Source of the DNA: a virus
Taxonomy: Duplodnaviria; Caudoviricetes
IMG/VR virus record: IMGVR_UViG_3300021091_000001
Location: 128,001 to 192,000 of that record
Length of the DNA: 64,000 bases
Direction: 5' to 3' (one strand)
Both the position numbers and the translations under genes were made by a program. The notes beneath the pieces are model-generated. The model ran no database searches. It was not told the DNA's origin and worked only from the letters and a program-made list of their open reading frames with translations. Below, one piece after another: positions 13,001-21,850 of this stretch; positions within the stretch are counted from its first letter, which is position 1; every line of letters starts with the position of its first letter.

Positions 13001-13221
13001 CCAAATTCGTCTGAATACATAATCGAATCTGTTTCAGATGATAATACTGGAGAAGTATTCTCTGGAATTAAATGTGATAAATCTGTAACTGATAAATTAT
13101 TTTCTGGATTAACATCTTGTCCAGAAAACCACCCCAAATTTACAGCATCAGTTGGGAGAACATGCCCCTTTTTAACTGCTGGTTCTTTGCCAAGATTTGT
13201 CTTATTCTCAAAAACTTTCAC
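7021..13221 (-). CDS. Large virion/baseplate protein (2066 aa) with an internal peptidoglycan-binding domain
   Basis: GTG start with a GAGG RBS. Intact ORF. Segment YTKYIQYTLQQIF...IDGVYGLKTYNLVKRFQQLK...IDGIVDSET matches the PG_binding_1 pattern (about 9680-9865). Confidence 0.7.
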   Translation of the reverse strand: MKVFENKTNLGKEPAVKKGHVLPTDAVNLGWFSGQDVNPENNLSVTDLSHLIPENTSPVLSSETDSIMYSDEFGTLRYAVNNPQANQYLGSPIVNNPEVCVSNLIISPLPEGVTNLTAEQYSSALFAHSFYISTHYVLLPSNAAAYSGMSDTPELREPSRYNIKVVDSSANNFVDESGKNKYRILIDKYVNTRTNADLQNSQYQGLDFYRVVVLLEVADPIDLYLIYDKYEKDAENIPYNPFFGYKEKINTLPYYQYVVEESEVIDPGSIERKVYSTQLFSFKENVLLKRKENNYGWKIYVPRKAIQDPRTFQNFNWRIIAKITYNFAQVRNVYSEAADDRATLNVGVLYSGEESAAKNAYVFYNLQESVFNLQNFIFENPRASITDKSQKNYWLVNIDDTNVDYSSYDFLIWTPLKPITPDQGQQIAAIQDKNISVFVDGSEIAANPSAGFSNLNIDMSISSSSSGSIGINDTYQNADTSFNAWSLSEYHEGEVPMHSIFGKRKNILDNNALLPIITFTGTPNSDSASKALVTVGSNTAILKTTKNSQVLFSSSLITCVNPFLQLLNDKILGDGTQTSNNGSSNIFPVGKIGSQNVAVTAAVVGPNKLFYNILCGVNKNKVNSFATNNTSSKSNVLWNVSPWRSSWTINGKVTNGKVTVLSDQEKQEYNFSSKSEIGNSTSKFCRQISPSLSSTMLGDFEATTNGGDAQNIINSDFSNVEFYLECTNKNVEFLNFSKDFDNTEIVSNQPSAKYVFYKLNTPASNQITNKSEVSIDAVSNVFSAEFNFNTVRYPYIIVGSSQYEDRTGSTIRTPTDFLPGSQNTKDYSFSFKTKISINEIRKTINTYRINWSAPFSAEVGTTARFSNITFVQERNGVSLERGFYSNTKAAENKTKIKKSFSPFNGYNYPGIIYSRTDIAAVDQDSVNDSFNTFHYTGDIDEGNRWDEYRLGYSEKIILQDSNGKTLSVNQPNDKYPYVVTTKTRGGIRGREVAKSDIQSAITNARTQNNWEDLLEGEELEHYLWSTEVINGSKIHYFRSLFKDWLINTYIKSKRNNLGLALQNIGFSDIEILQSFSNSEVDAQFNLAYPNLFHVRTEEQTFQIPGRSLTPATSNSTVSGANYTKYIQYTLQQIFKKETINIDGVYGLKTYNLVKRFQQLKSQSFIDGIVDSETKSVLAHFWLKLHRDNFARFEKLRNDAPAGTKRFINAAVKYSDISSILEGREYRRISFTGIKGPTTIVDYIMVRIPQREANQTIHSVKIKSGEWPLVIDNVHLYDEDFNIKRIYGSGSPEFAGRIYSPQALDQDVRVPANSERIVSFVNGRPGAKWLGIKVKGVKLKADRYGPNAEGFSISGIDFELTAQGPTISAVKGEDARFTGIIEGTISGYTDIKSDEEATVVFSTFAELQKTPNANISQINVNKLNFTVVQEREGVKISKDISYSVSPTDRTNILNQGISFTYDDILGDNDLPIQTDALSSGTSFNVGTITKGVCQRLSGTSAATTVSSSDFSITSYKTNAYIVKTTNGVDYESIEASPETVVSDYYLADADNISSRQNSIQTVNIKDGLTVLVDSIGRAVGFPNFDSYKPTGTNNVVSFGFLNLIWNETSAAPYGLDWGFLYIPNNSQIDKRKKLLGRKISYLEWLEYEGTGDVYIAVNAFDADNDASSTNNIVGFQERYGAISESNAPARYICPVYSVKVKNRSKIRVSSPPKDLSKFDTWFVNVGVGRFIKKITIPIDYNFLVGNWMREYKGKELICHYDTTKIQVPYSSIFGTGHYDIHEENPVIVSDDTITLRHRSFIVAQEQYDKKLVDKGNYTDASPIVPWVFISIKNEQGNWISVSRKQIRDYDKNTGRITFVKEIVPTSDKNIKVTYTVKNSDLMLHQIDGEIIPLNPYLFIEQNKPIFLYILPIKCEEIVDGENKSATGFVSTGAVKFTYDSNIFNNKSTVYNPLALHIATINVNNTYDFDNMQFQDMRVRGGGIKHNVAVKSSFESNAEVASYADIYTGHGYVHANGGYVVIQIPRKVMENFNSKQQVYDIVRNNLTAGVSFDIQDVDGTDWRSINYA

Positions 13222-13224
13222 AAA

Positions 13225-16200
13225 TTATTCCTCTTCGTAATCTGGACGCAGATTTGTGTATTCAACTACATAAGGCGTTGCACCCATTAAGCCCATCTGA
13301 TATTGAGTATATTTAGCTATTGGATACCAAGAAGGAAGCTTCCAACTAGGGGTTGCTGCATAGCTATTATAGTAAGGTTGTTCAGTTAAAGTGTTGACTT
13401 TAAAAGCTGGAGTTGCTGCATAGTAGTAATTACGCATATTAAAATCTATTCTTGGCTCTAGTACTGGTTCATCCAGTGTTGACTGGCTAGAGTCGTATTT
13501 TTCAAACCAATAAACTATATCGCCAGCTTGAGTTTGCGTTGGAACAGATCCAGAAGTATCAAAGTTTGTCTCCACAGAAACAAACCAGTATCCAGGTGTT
13601 GCATCTGGCTGACAAATAAAGTCACCTATAGTGAATAGACCATTTGAATCAGAAGTGGCTCTTCCTGATATTCCAGATTGACCTGGCGCAGTTGTTGTGT
13701 TTGAATAAGATAAGTTAAACAAATCATAAAGACTTCTAGCTCTTCTCCAATATACATAAACATTTGAATTTGTTTTTCCAACTATTTTTATATTCTGTAA
13801 ACCATCTGCTGTAACTATCTTTTTATCCACTTCTGCAGAAACTTTATTAACCGCTTGATAATAAGGCTTAACATAATAGTTAATGGTAGAGCCGTTATTG
13901 TTTGGCTCTTTAAGGACAAAAGATTTGCTTTCTTCAAAAGGAACATTTGATCCCGTATATCTAACTTGAGATCTTGCGAACCCATCTATGTTTGTTGTAA
14001 ATACACTTGGAGTTGCTGCTATTTGTGATCCAGCTATTTGGAAATTAGAATATGGTTTTGGGTTTCCATTTGAATCCAAAGAAAATACATTCAAAACCAT
14101 AAAGTCCTTATTATCTGCTAAAACTTGTTTTGGAGACAAACTATACTCAACTGTTGCATATTCATATTCATTATGCGATAGATATAAGTATCCTTCATTT
14201 AAGGCAGAATACAGTGGATTTAATTTAATCTCAGGAAGTTCATAATCTTCGTCATAGAGTGATGATTCAAAAGTGATATGAGTAGTGTATGAACTATTTG
14301 GTGTACTCAAAAGAGTTACTTTTGTTCTATATGAAGAATCTAAAGAATTATAATATTGATTATCAACATTGAAACAATCTTTTACTCTATAGGTTACCTT
14401 ATACTTTCTGCCTACTATGAAGGCAGGTGTAGCACCGATTGTTATTGGTGCAATTACATTTGATGCAGATGAATAATCGCTGACAATTGTCAATCCAGTA
14501 TATGTATCCACCACTTTTGCGTCAAAGAAATTGGAGTATGCTAAGTAAATTTTTGACGAATCTTTTGCAGTGATATATTCAAAGTTGTTAAAGGAATATA
14601 TTGAAGGAGTTGCCTCATCGTAAAAAGAAACCTGATTATAGTTAGTTGTAGCTCCAGTTGAGTCAACAACATTAACAATAATTGGAGAACCTTTTCTAGC
14701 AATTTGGTCAAGAACTATTTCAGAATTATTTAAATCTATTTCTGTTTTTGGTTTTGCGTAGATAAATCTATCTTCGTCTTGGAAGTACCAACCAGTTCTT
14801 ATTGAGGGAGATATATATTTTGTTGAATCATAAATATATTTTGCTCTAACTGGCAATTTATTAATTAAATACCTTCCAGTGCTAGAATCATAATAATTTA
14901 AAGAAACATTTTTTTCTAGATCATCTGTAAAAACAATGATTTCATCATCTACATAACTATAATCTGTCCATATTTTTACTTCATCTGTATCATATATCGG
15001 CTCAACAGAAGTGAAATACATACTTGGAGAGGATGCGTAATTCTGAAGTCCAAATGCTGAGCGCTCCAAAGTGTAGTAGTTAATTACATCTGAATTCTTA
15101 GAATCAAGTAAGTCATTATTGATATTAGGTGAAGCATGAACAATTCCTTTTTCAGATATATAAAAATTATAAGTTTCTATTGAATCTGAATTAAACTCTT
15201 CCCAGTTAGGATACTTAAATGGATAAACTTCTCCATCATTAGAACCTATAATAATGTAGGTTGGAGTAGAAGTGTATGGGAATTTAGTTTCCGTAAAATA
15301 ATAATTGTAAGTTGCACCACTTGTCGAAGCATATTCATTATAAGTGGTTGGATTAGCAAAAGGTGGAGACACATAAGATAGGTGTATATTTGGAGATGAA
15401 GGAATAAAGTATATTTCATTTTCATCTCTATTTAGAGATCTTCCTCCATATACTTTTGCTGGATCAAATATAGGAGCCTTAGTATAAGGCATGTCTGCGA
15501 ATACGTTGTCTATATGAACAAACTGTGGTGTTGCATTTTGAGGAATACTAAAATTCTTTATTATATCTTTTGGAGTAATAACTATACTTGACTTGGTAGC
15601 CGAAACAGATGGTTTATTAATTATAGTGTATTCTCCACTGTTTCTTATTTTTGGAGATTGAACAGTTCTATATTGTATTGCATCGTATATGCGAGACGAT
15701 ATTCTTAATTGACCATCAAAATATGTTGGATTAGAAAAGTTTTTAACTATTCTAACTGAAGTACTGCTTGCTAAAGATACTCCATCAAAAGATATCCATC
15801 CATAGTTGCCAGAAGTATTGGATGGATCTTTTGCACTAACAAAGTTAACAGTCGCTTGCTGTATAGCAGATATGGGAATTTGAGCTAGTACATAACTCTG
15901 CGCAGCAGAAGGATTTATAACGTTATAATATGGAGTTGCTGCAGAATCGTTTGATATGAATCTAATATCACTTGAAGTTAGACCAGAAGCATTGAATATG
16001 TTTCTAATAATAAACTCTGGTGAAGCACTTGCTGTTGGAGCAAAAGTATTTTTTACTGTATCTGTAAGATTGGCTTTGAATACAGTATTGGCAGGTATTA
16101 TTCCATGTGCAGCTAATTTAACATAAAGATCATAATTTATTGTTGCTGCTCCATGATTATAATATGGTTCCATATAACTTACGTACGTATCATATTTTAA

Positions 16201-17887
16201 TTGTATTGGCTCATAATTATTTGAGCTTACTGAATCATACTTATAACCATGAGCTCTAAGTTTAAATGAGTAAGGTTTTGTTCTTCTATCTAGCTCCTCT
16301 AGAACAATCCTCGCATCTTCAAAGTCTCCTATTCCCATCTGATAAAATGGTGATGCCACAGGAGTAGCATCGGACTGCTGAGGTATCCTTGAAACACCTT
16401 CCTGATTTAATCCAGCATAATCCCAGTAAGACTCTCCCCATTTAATATATCCAAAATTAGACGGATGTCTTTTATTTAGATCTTCTACAAAATCAAAGAA
16501 TCTTCTTTCTGGATTTCCTTCATCATCAAAATATGGAGTGCTAGACAATATGTTTTGTATTTCATATATTTCTGGGGTAGCTCCAATATATTTTGAGTTT
16601 GGAGTTGCATCATAGGCTCTCCATATATCTAGTTCTCTTCTTAAAGTTCTCTTTAATCCCTCTTCATTAATGTCTGGTGGATTAATATAAACATCTAGTA
16701 TTCTAGATCTAAAATTTTCATTTGACTCTAGATATAATCTTTGAAGACCAACTCTTAATCCTGTTTCATCAAAGGCATTAAAATTTTGTATAGGTATTTG
16801 ATCTACTACTGTTTGATCAACATATAGTTTTGTAAAGTCTTTGTTTGTATAAAGGTCAAAAGTAGTATAGTTATAATAAAAAACATAATCTGTCTCGCTA
16901 GACCTGAGTAAATCTTGATAGGAAGACACTCTTCCAAGTTCTATGCCATCGCCTCTAACTTTGATAAAACCTGGATCAACAGGAGTGCTTACATATATCC
17001 ATGCTGGTTGATCAATGTTTGCTTCTGTAATAAATGAATCTAATTCATAATTGCTTATTGCAGCATCTACGTAATTAAAACATTCCCCAGTTAGCGCATT
17101 GAGAAGTGTTCCAGCAACTGTATCTGGAGTAGCCAACTGAGGAGTAGCTTTTTCGATAGAATCTTGATAGATTTTTGTCCAACTAGGAAATCTAGATAAT
17201 AGATTTCTAGTATGATTTGTTATGACAGGAACAGTTATATCAGCTATTTGAACTTGAACAAGTAACAAAAAGTTTGCTAATGAAATATTAGATTCAGCGT
17301 TGAACGTTACTTGAAATTTTATATATCTCTTTACATTTCTCAAAAATAATACAGTTATATTATCTTGAATTGAAGCTATTTCTCTCCAGTCAGAATTGCT
17401 AGAATTCTTTTTATCAGAGGTAAATATCTTTAATTCAAATGTTGGATTCTCTAAACCAGGTAGATCACTAAACGCATGCTTGTATCCGTATAATATCTAT
17501 ACTACTGTTTGTATCTACGAATCTAGGAAGGTATGAAAATCCCGATGCATCGATAACTCTGTATGGAGTTGCATGTGTCTCATAAATATAGAATGAACCC
17601 TCTTGTTCATCATAATTAAATATGTAGTATTCACCAAAATCTTGGTCATTAAGTATTTCGCCATAGTTTGTTACTGTGTAAGCACCTGGTATTGTGGGTG
17701 TTGCATCTGGAATAACACTAGTGCCAGTGAATTTATAGTCTCCCATTAAGTTATTTCCATATTGAGATCTATAAACTGAGTAATTTGTATAAAACTTATT
17801 TGAATATAGGTCTATAGAACCAGTGGTCCAAATATTGGACGCTATTGTAAAATCCTGATTTCTTAGAGCTAAAAAATAAGTTTTCAT
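13225..17887 (-). CDS. Baseplate wedge protein (P2 gpI/T4 gp7-like, ~1553 aa), joined by +1 shift at CGGA 17485-17488; rich in Ala-Thr-Pro
   Basis: ORF 17468..17887 ends ATT ATA CGG ATA CAA GCA TGC GTT TAG. The +1 frame GGA TAC AAG CAT GCG... is open into ORF 13225..17343. 'FDETGLRVGLQRLYLESNENFRSRIL' resembles the wedge 'LD.lG...R...Esd..yR.Ri' motif. Confidence 0.7.
17485..17488 (-). other. +1 frameshift site 3 (ATA-CGGA-TAC), codon 134
   Basis: A +1-frame TAG just upstream and the frame-0 TAG downstream confine the shift to about 9 codons. Predicted junction SSIDII-G-YKHAFSDLPG. Confidence 0.8.
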
Positions 17888-17903
17888 TTAATAATTATTG
17901 CTC

Positions 17904-19208
17904 CTAAACTTCATCTAGCCATATAGAGTATTCAGAGGTAATTCCTCTATCGGGATGAACAAACATCAAATGCTGACAAGGTCTACTCATAGACTGAAAA
18001 TACTCTTGCGCGTAAGTGTTATGACTCTCTGGTGATCCAGAGATTCTAAGAATACCACTACCTATTGTCATTTTAAATTGCTGATGATAATGACCCATAA
18101 ACACATCATCAAACTCTTCTGGGATCGCTCCATCTTTCCATCCCATTACCTTTTTATAGTAACCATGAAAAGAACTTGGAGCAGGCATCTGGTCGCCGTG
18201 AATTAAAAGACTACTATAACTTCCTATTCTATCTATGGCGTAGAAGCTTCTCTCTCCTCTACCATCTGGAATATCAAATGTGATTCTTTTTTCGTCTTTA
18301 AAAATCCACTGAATAATCTTATAGAGAAGTCTGTCCATATTTGTTTCTGGATCATGCTGTCTTCTTGCTCTTCCACCAACAGCTCCATGATTGCCAATCA
18401 CTCCAGCTACATGAATGTGTTTAAAGTTTTGAAGTGCGATAGTCATAAACTTAGTTAGTATTTCTGGACCATACATACCGACCTGTCTATATAGGCCAGC
18501 GTCCAAAAGATGGCTTTGACCTGGGAATATCTCTTCGCCCTCAACTATATCTCCCAGCAGCCATACATGCAAGGTGTCAATATTATGATGCATTCTTTGA
18601 ATGTTGACAATCTCTAGCATCTTTTCTGTATAGAGTTCCATTCGCTTGGCTAATACGTCAGAGTTATAGCTCTTAGTAATTTTACCAAGTTGCCAGTCAG
18701 AGAATACAGCAACCGCTGTTTCTGGGGTTCCCTTATTTGCTGTATTATAGTTCCTATAAGATACCTTAGGTATCTCGAAAGAACTAAATGCTTGATAGGC
18801 TGCTTGATAAACTGCATTAGCAGCTTCTTCTTTTACGTTTTTATGCTTGTCAACAAGTCTTGCTAAACGCTTATTCTCTGATCTTAAAAAGTCTACAGTA
18901 GAAGAATGAATACTTACAGTATCCCCAGCGGTAGAGACTGAAGCTGAGATAGAGTTATCTAGAGAATTAAAATAATTGTCAAGCTCTTCTACTGATTCTT
19001 CTAAATAATCTTCATAAATAAAATCATTTTTATCTACTACACTAAAATATTTAGAAGCTTCATTTGCGGATATTTCTTCTGCGCTTAGAGTGGAGGCGAG
19101 CACTGAGCCTGGAATATCCTCTTCTCCACTAGTGATCCCTACTGCATTACCTTTGTTTTTTGCCTTAACAATCTGAGTCTTTGTAATCAGGTACATTTTT
19201 TCTGCCAT
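17904..19208 (-). CDS. Calcineurin-like metallophosphoesterase with N-terminal coiled coil
   Basis: Motifs FSDWQLG, LLGDIVEG, IGNHG, IHGD and MGHYH give the complete metallophosphoesterase signature. Confidence 0.85.
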   Translation of the reverse strand: MAEKMYLITKTQIVKAKNKGNAVGITSGEEDIPGSVLASTLSAEEISANEASKYFSVVDKNDFIYEDYLEESVEELDNYFNSLDNSISASVSTAGDTVSIHSSTVDFLRSENKRLARLVDKHKNVKEEAANAVYQAAYQAFSSFEIPKVSYRNYNTANKGTPETAVAVFSDWQLGKITKSYNSDVLAKRMELYTEKMLEIVNIQRMHHNIDTLHVWLLGDIVEGEEIFPGQSHLLDAGLYRQVGMYGPEILTKFMTIALQNFKHIHVAGVIGNHGAVGGRARRQHDPETNMDRLLYKIIQWIFKDEKRITFDIPDGRGERSFYAIDRIGSYSSLLIHGDQMPAPSSFHGYYKKVMGWKDGAIPEEFDDVFMGHYHQQFKMTIGSGILRISGSPESHNTYAQEYFQSMSRPCQHLMFVHPDRGITSEYSIWLDEV

Positions 19209-19232
19209 GCTAATTTCCTTTTCAAAAAGTTA

Positions 19233-20390
19233 TTAAGATATTATAACAGAAAAGACAGAAACAGATCCGGCAATTATGTATTCTCTATCAGAATTTATCC
19301 TAAATACACCCTTTGAAACTTCTTGACCATTTGAAGTTACGCTTAGAATGCTGACAGACTTAACAAAGTCCGATGAAGCTCTCACTTGAGACTCTATATC
19401 ACCAAAAGATATAGAGCTTCCAATGGTTTGTGAGTTAAGATATCTCTTAACAAAGAGAGAAGCTTGAGTCTCTATAGATGTAACAACTTTAGAGCTTAAG
19501 CCAGCTGGCAGAACAACGTTCACCGCTACGTTAACTGGGACTCTTTCTGCTATTCTTATATTAAGCTTAATTCCTACTGGTTTTTTTGCTGACAAAGCAT
19601 TTGCTACAGAATCAACAAAAGCTGCATCTATTCTTTGAGATTCTGGAACAATAATCACATCACAAGAACCTAGTCCATAGGATGATTCTCTCACTCTGAT
19701 ATCTCTAACTCCTGGAATTGCTAAAGCTGTAAGCCTTAAAGATTCATTTGTTCCATAAGAAGTTTCTTTTATTGATCTACTAATTCTCATTCTATATAAG
19801 TCATCTGACTCCATATTAGACATAGAGTATACTTCTTTTGGATTAACACAGAAAATTAAAGTTCCATCTGGAGAAACAAAATTATGTTTTGTGAGAGTCG
19901 CAACAGAAGCAGTAAAGTCATTACCTTGGAAATTGGGCACTACTCTTCCATAAACTCTGGTTGTTCCAGCCAATATCATGACGTCATCAACTAATCTATA
20001 CTGATATTGTCTTGTTGAAAATGAGGTAACATCGTTATAAACCAAAGTATCTTTTGGAATTATAATATCAGATGCCTGAACATTCGAAATATAAAACTCT
20101 ATATTATAGCTAGCCCTTTCTTGTTCAGCCTCGCTAGCTATAAGTCTTCTTCTTACTGAATATAATTCTCCAATTAGATCTAGTGATCTGCCTTTTGCAG
20201 TAGAAAGACAAGATTGATCTATGCCGAATTTAAGTGCTTCGTACAAATCTCCTATTTCAACTGCAAGTGCCTCAGCAAAGGCTCTGGCTATAGATCCTGG
20301 ATGAGTTGCTGTTATCCCTGCGTTTCTCTGCAAAGATTGCAACATTTGAGTAAGTATCTGATCTTTAGTCTTACTGTAAACAATTGGCAT
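19233..20390 (-). CDS. Baseplate J-like wedge protein
   Basis: 'TAKGRSLDLIGELYSVRR', 'ESDDLYRMRI' and 'ALAIPGVRDIRV' are typical of the Baseplate_J family. Position next to a gp25-like gene. Confidence 0.85.
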   Translation of the reverse strand: MPIVYSKTKDQILTQMLQSLQRNAGITATHPGSIARAFAEALAVEIGDLYEALKFGIDQSCLSTAKGRSLDLIGELYSVRRRLIASEAEQERASYNIEFYISNVQASDIIIPKDTLVYNDVTSFSTRQYQYRLVDDVMILAGTTRVYGRVVPNFQGNDFTASVATLTKHNFVSPDGTLIFCVNPKEVYSMSNMESDDLYRMRISRSIKETSYGTNESLRLTALAIPGVRDIRVRESSYGLGSCDVIIVPESQRIDAAFVDSVANALSAKKPVGIKLNIRIAERVPVNVAVNVVLPAGLSSKVVTSIETQASLFVKRYLNSQTIGSSISFGDIESQVRASSDFVKSVSILSVTSNGQEVSKGVFRINSDREYIIAGSVSVFSVIIS

Positions 20391-20400
20391 TTATATTCCT

Positions 20401-20784
20401 TTATAAGTCTTGAGTAACAGAAAGTGTTACCGGGTCTAGTGAGTTATCCAAGATATGTACATCAAACCTTATTGTATTAGCTGAAGTTGGAACTGCTTCT
20501 ATGCTAATATTTCTTCCTTTAAAAATTCCACCTTTTTCTGGATTTTCTAAGGCAGACCTAACAATTCTTTTTCCTATTTCGCCAGTTGCAATAGTTTGTG
20601 GCATTCCATAAAGCACGGATAGGTCGCATCCCAACTGCGGGTATGCGTAGAAGTCACCAGTTTCTGTCATTAATCTAATAAAAATTTGTTGTACATCTTT
20701 TTGACCAGAGCTTGATACAAGGGCTATGTCCCTGTTAGCAGACAACATAATGTCTCCAGAAAGATCAAAATAAAAATCAGACAT
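20401..20784 (-). CDS. Baseplate wedge gpW/gp25-like protein (sheath initiator)
   Basis: 127 aa. 'QQIFIRLMTETGDFYAYPQLGCDL' matches the gp25/GPW pattern. Upstream of baseplate J. Confidence 0.8.
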   Translation of the reverse strand: MSDFYFDLSGDIMLSANRDIALVSSSGQKDVQQIFIRLMTETGDFYAYPQLGCDLSVLYGMPQTIATGEIGKRIVRSALENPEKGGIFKGRNISIEAVPTSANTIRFDVHILDNSLDPVTLSVTQDL

Positions 20785-20786
20785 AG

Positions 20787-21467
20787 CTATTCCATATCAT
20801 TTTTTATCCAAGGAAAATTCTCTAAATTTTCAGGTAAATTATAGTCTTTATTTTTAACTTTATCTACTGCTTGACTAAAACTATAACCAGATTTAATGAG
20901 TGTTATCAATTTTTGGACATCTGAATCGGCGTTGGTTTTAGCAAAAGAGTCTATAAGTGTTTGAACATTTCCTGGAATGATTTTATCTCCGGATTCGCCA
21001 ATAGACTGATCTATTTTATCCTGAGGTGCACCCAGTCCATATCTACCCTCTATAGTAACTGGTATATTAAGCTGAGGATCCTTTAGGTCTTCTAAATCAT
21101 TTAAATATCTTACCGTATTATAATATGCTGGATTATTGGCAAACTGTCCGGTTTTAATAAGGGCTGGCTCATTGTACATATCTGCAGCTGGATTAAAAGA
21201 CATGCTATTCCACCTAAGTCCGTCATCCTCTCTTGAGTACATTTTAATTGAATCCGCAAAAATGGAAACACTTCTGGTGTTTGGATTAATTACAATTCCC
21301 ACTCCTGGACAAGCAAATATTTCTATTTCCCCAGAATCAGCGACTCTAATGAATGAACTATTATCTGGATGATTTAAACCCACTTCTCTATTGGAGAATT
21401 TCTTTCTTCTATTAATTTCGTAGGCTTCATCAAAGACGTCATTAATTTCTGGTATAGCTTTTTCCAT
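20787..21467 (-). CDS. Baseplate spike-associated protein (gp5/gpV C-terminal beta-strand-like)
   Basis: Likely start at ATG 21467 (TGAGGAAAAAATG RBS). Repeated short beta segments 'SSFIRVADSGEIEIFACPGVGIVINP'. Lies between the OB-fold gene and gp25. Confidence 0.55.
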   Translation of the reverse strand: MEKAIPEINDVFDEAYEINRRKKFSNREVGLNHPDNSSFIRVADSGEIEIFACPGVGIVINPNTRSVSIFADSIKMYSREDDGLRWNSMSFNPAADMYNEPALIKTGQFANNPAYYNTVRYLNDLEDLKDPQLNIPVTIEGRYGLGAPQDKIDQSIGESGDKIIPGNVQTLIDSFAKTNADSDVQKLITLIKSGYSFSQAVDKVKNKDYNLPENLENFPWIKNDME

Positions 21468-21474
21468 TTTTTCC

Positions 21475-21840
21475 TCAAGACATGAACTTAGGTATTCCGG
21501 TATCAACGGAATTGTTTACAACATTTTTAAACCCTGAATTACTGTCATTAAAATAGCTTACAATATAAGGTTCTTTTTCCATTTCATCCCTAAACATAAC
21601 ATAGCACCTTGTACCTGGTGAAGGAGAAACTGTTTGAATACCATAGTAAAATGGACATGGTACATTTGTCATCATTTCTCCTATGTTGTTTGAATACTTT
21701 TCGTCCAAAACTATTGTTGCAGTATTATTATCTATATTATATGACATTATTGTTGCTGGTCTTGTCTTTGATTGTCTAAATCTTGAATTTGTTATTTGAT
21801 CATTTATTTTTTGATCAAATTTAGGATAATTAATCGGCAT
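21475..21840 (-). CDS. Baseplate spike N-terminal OB-fold protein (gpV/gp5-like)
   Basis: Start at 21840 after GGAGG. 'ATIMSYNIDNNTATIVL...NVPCP...PSPGTRCYVMF' fits the gpV OB-fold pattern. Confidence 0.65.
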   Translation of the reverse strand: MPINYPKFDQKINDQITNSRFRQSKTRPATIMSYNIDNNTATIVLDEKYSNNIGEMMTNVPCPFYYGIQTVSPSPGTRCYVMFRDEMEKEPYIVSYFNDSNSGFKNVVNNSVDTGIPKFMS

Positions 21841-21850
21841 GATGCCTCCC

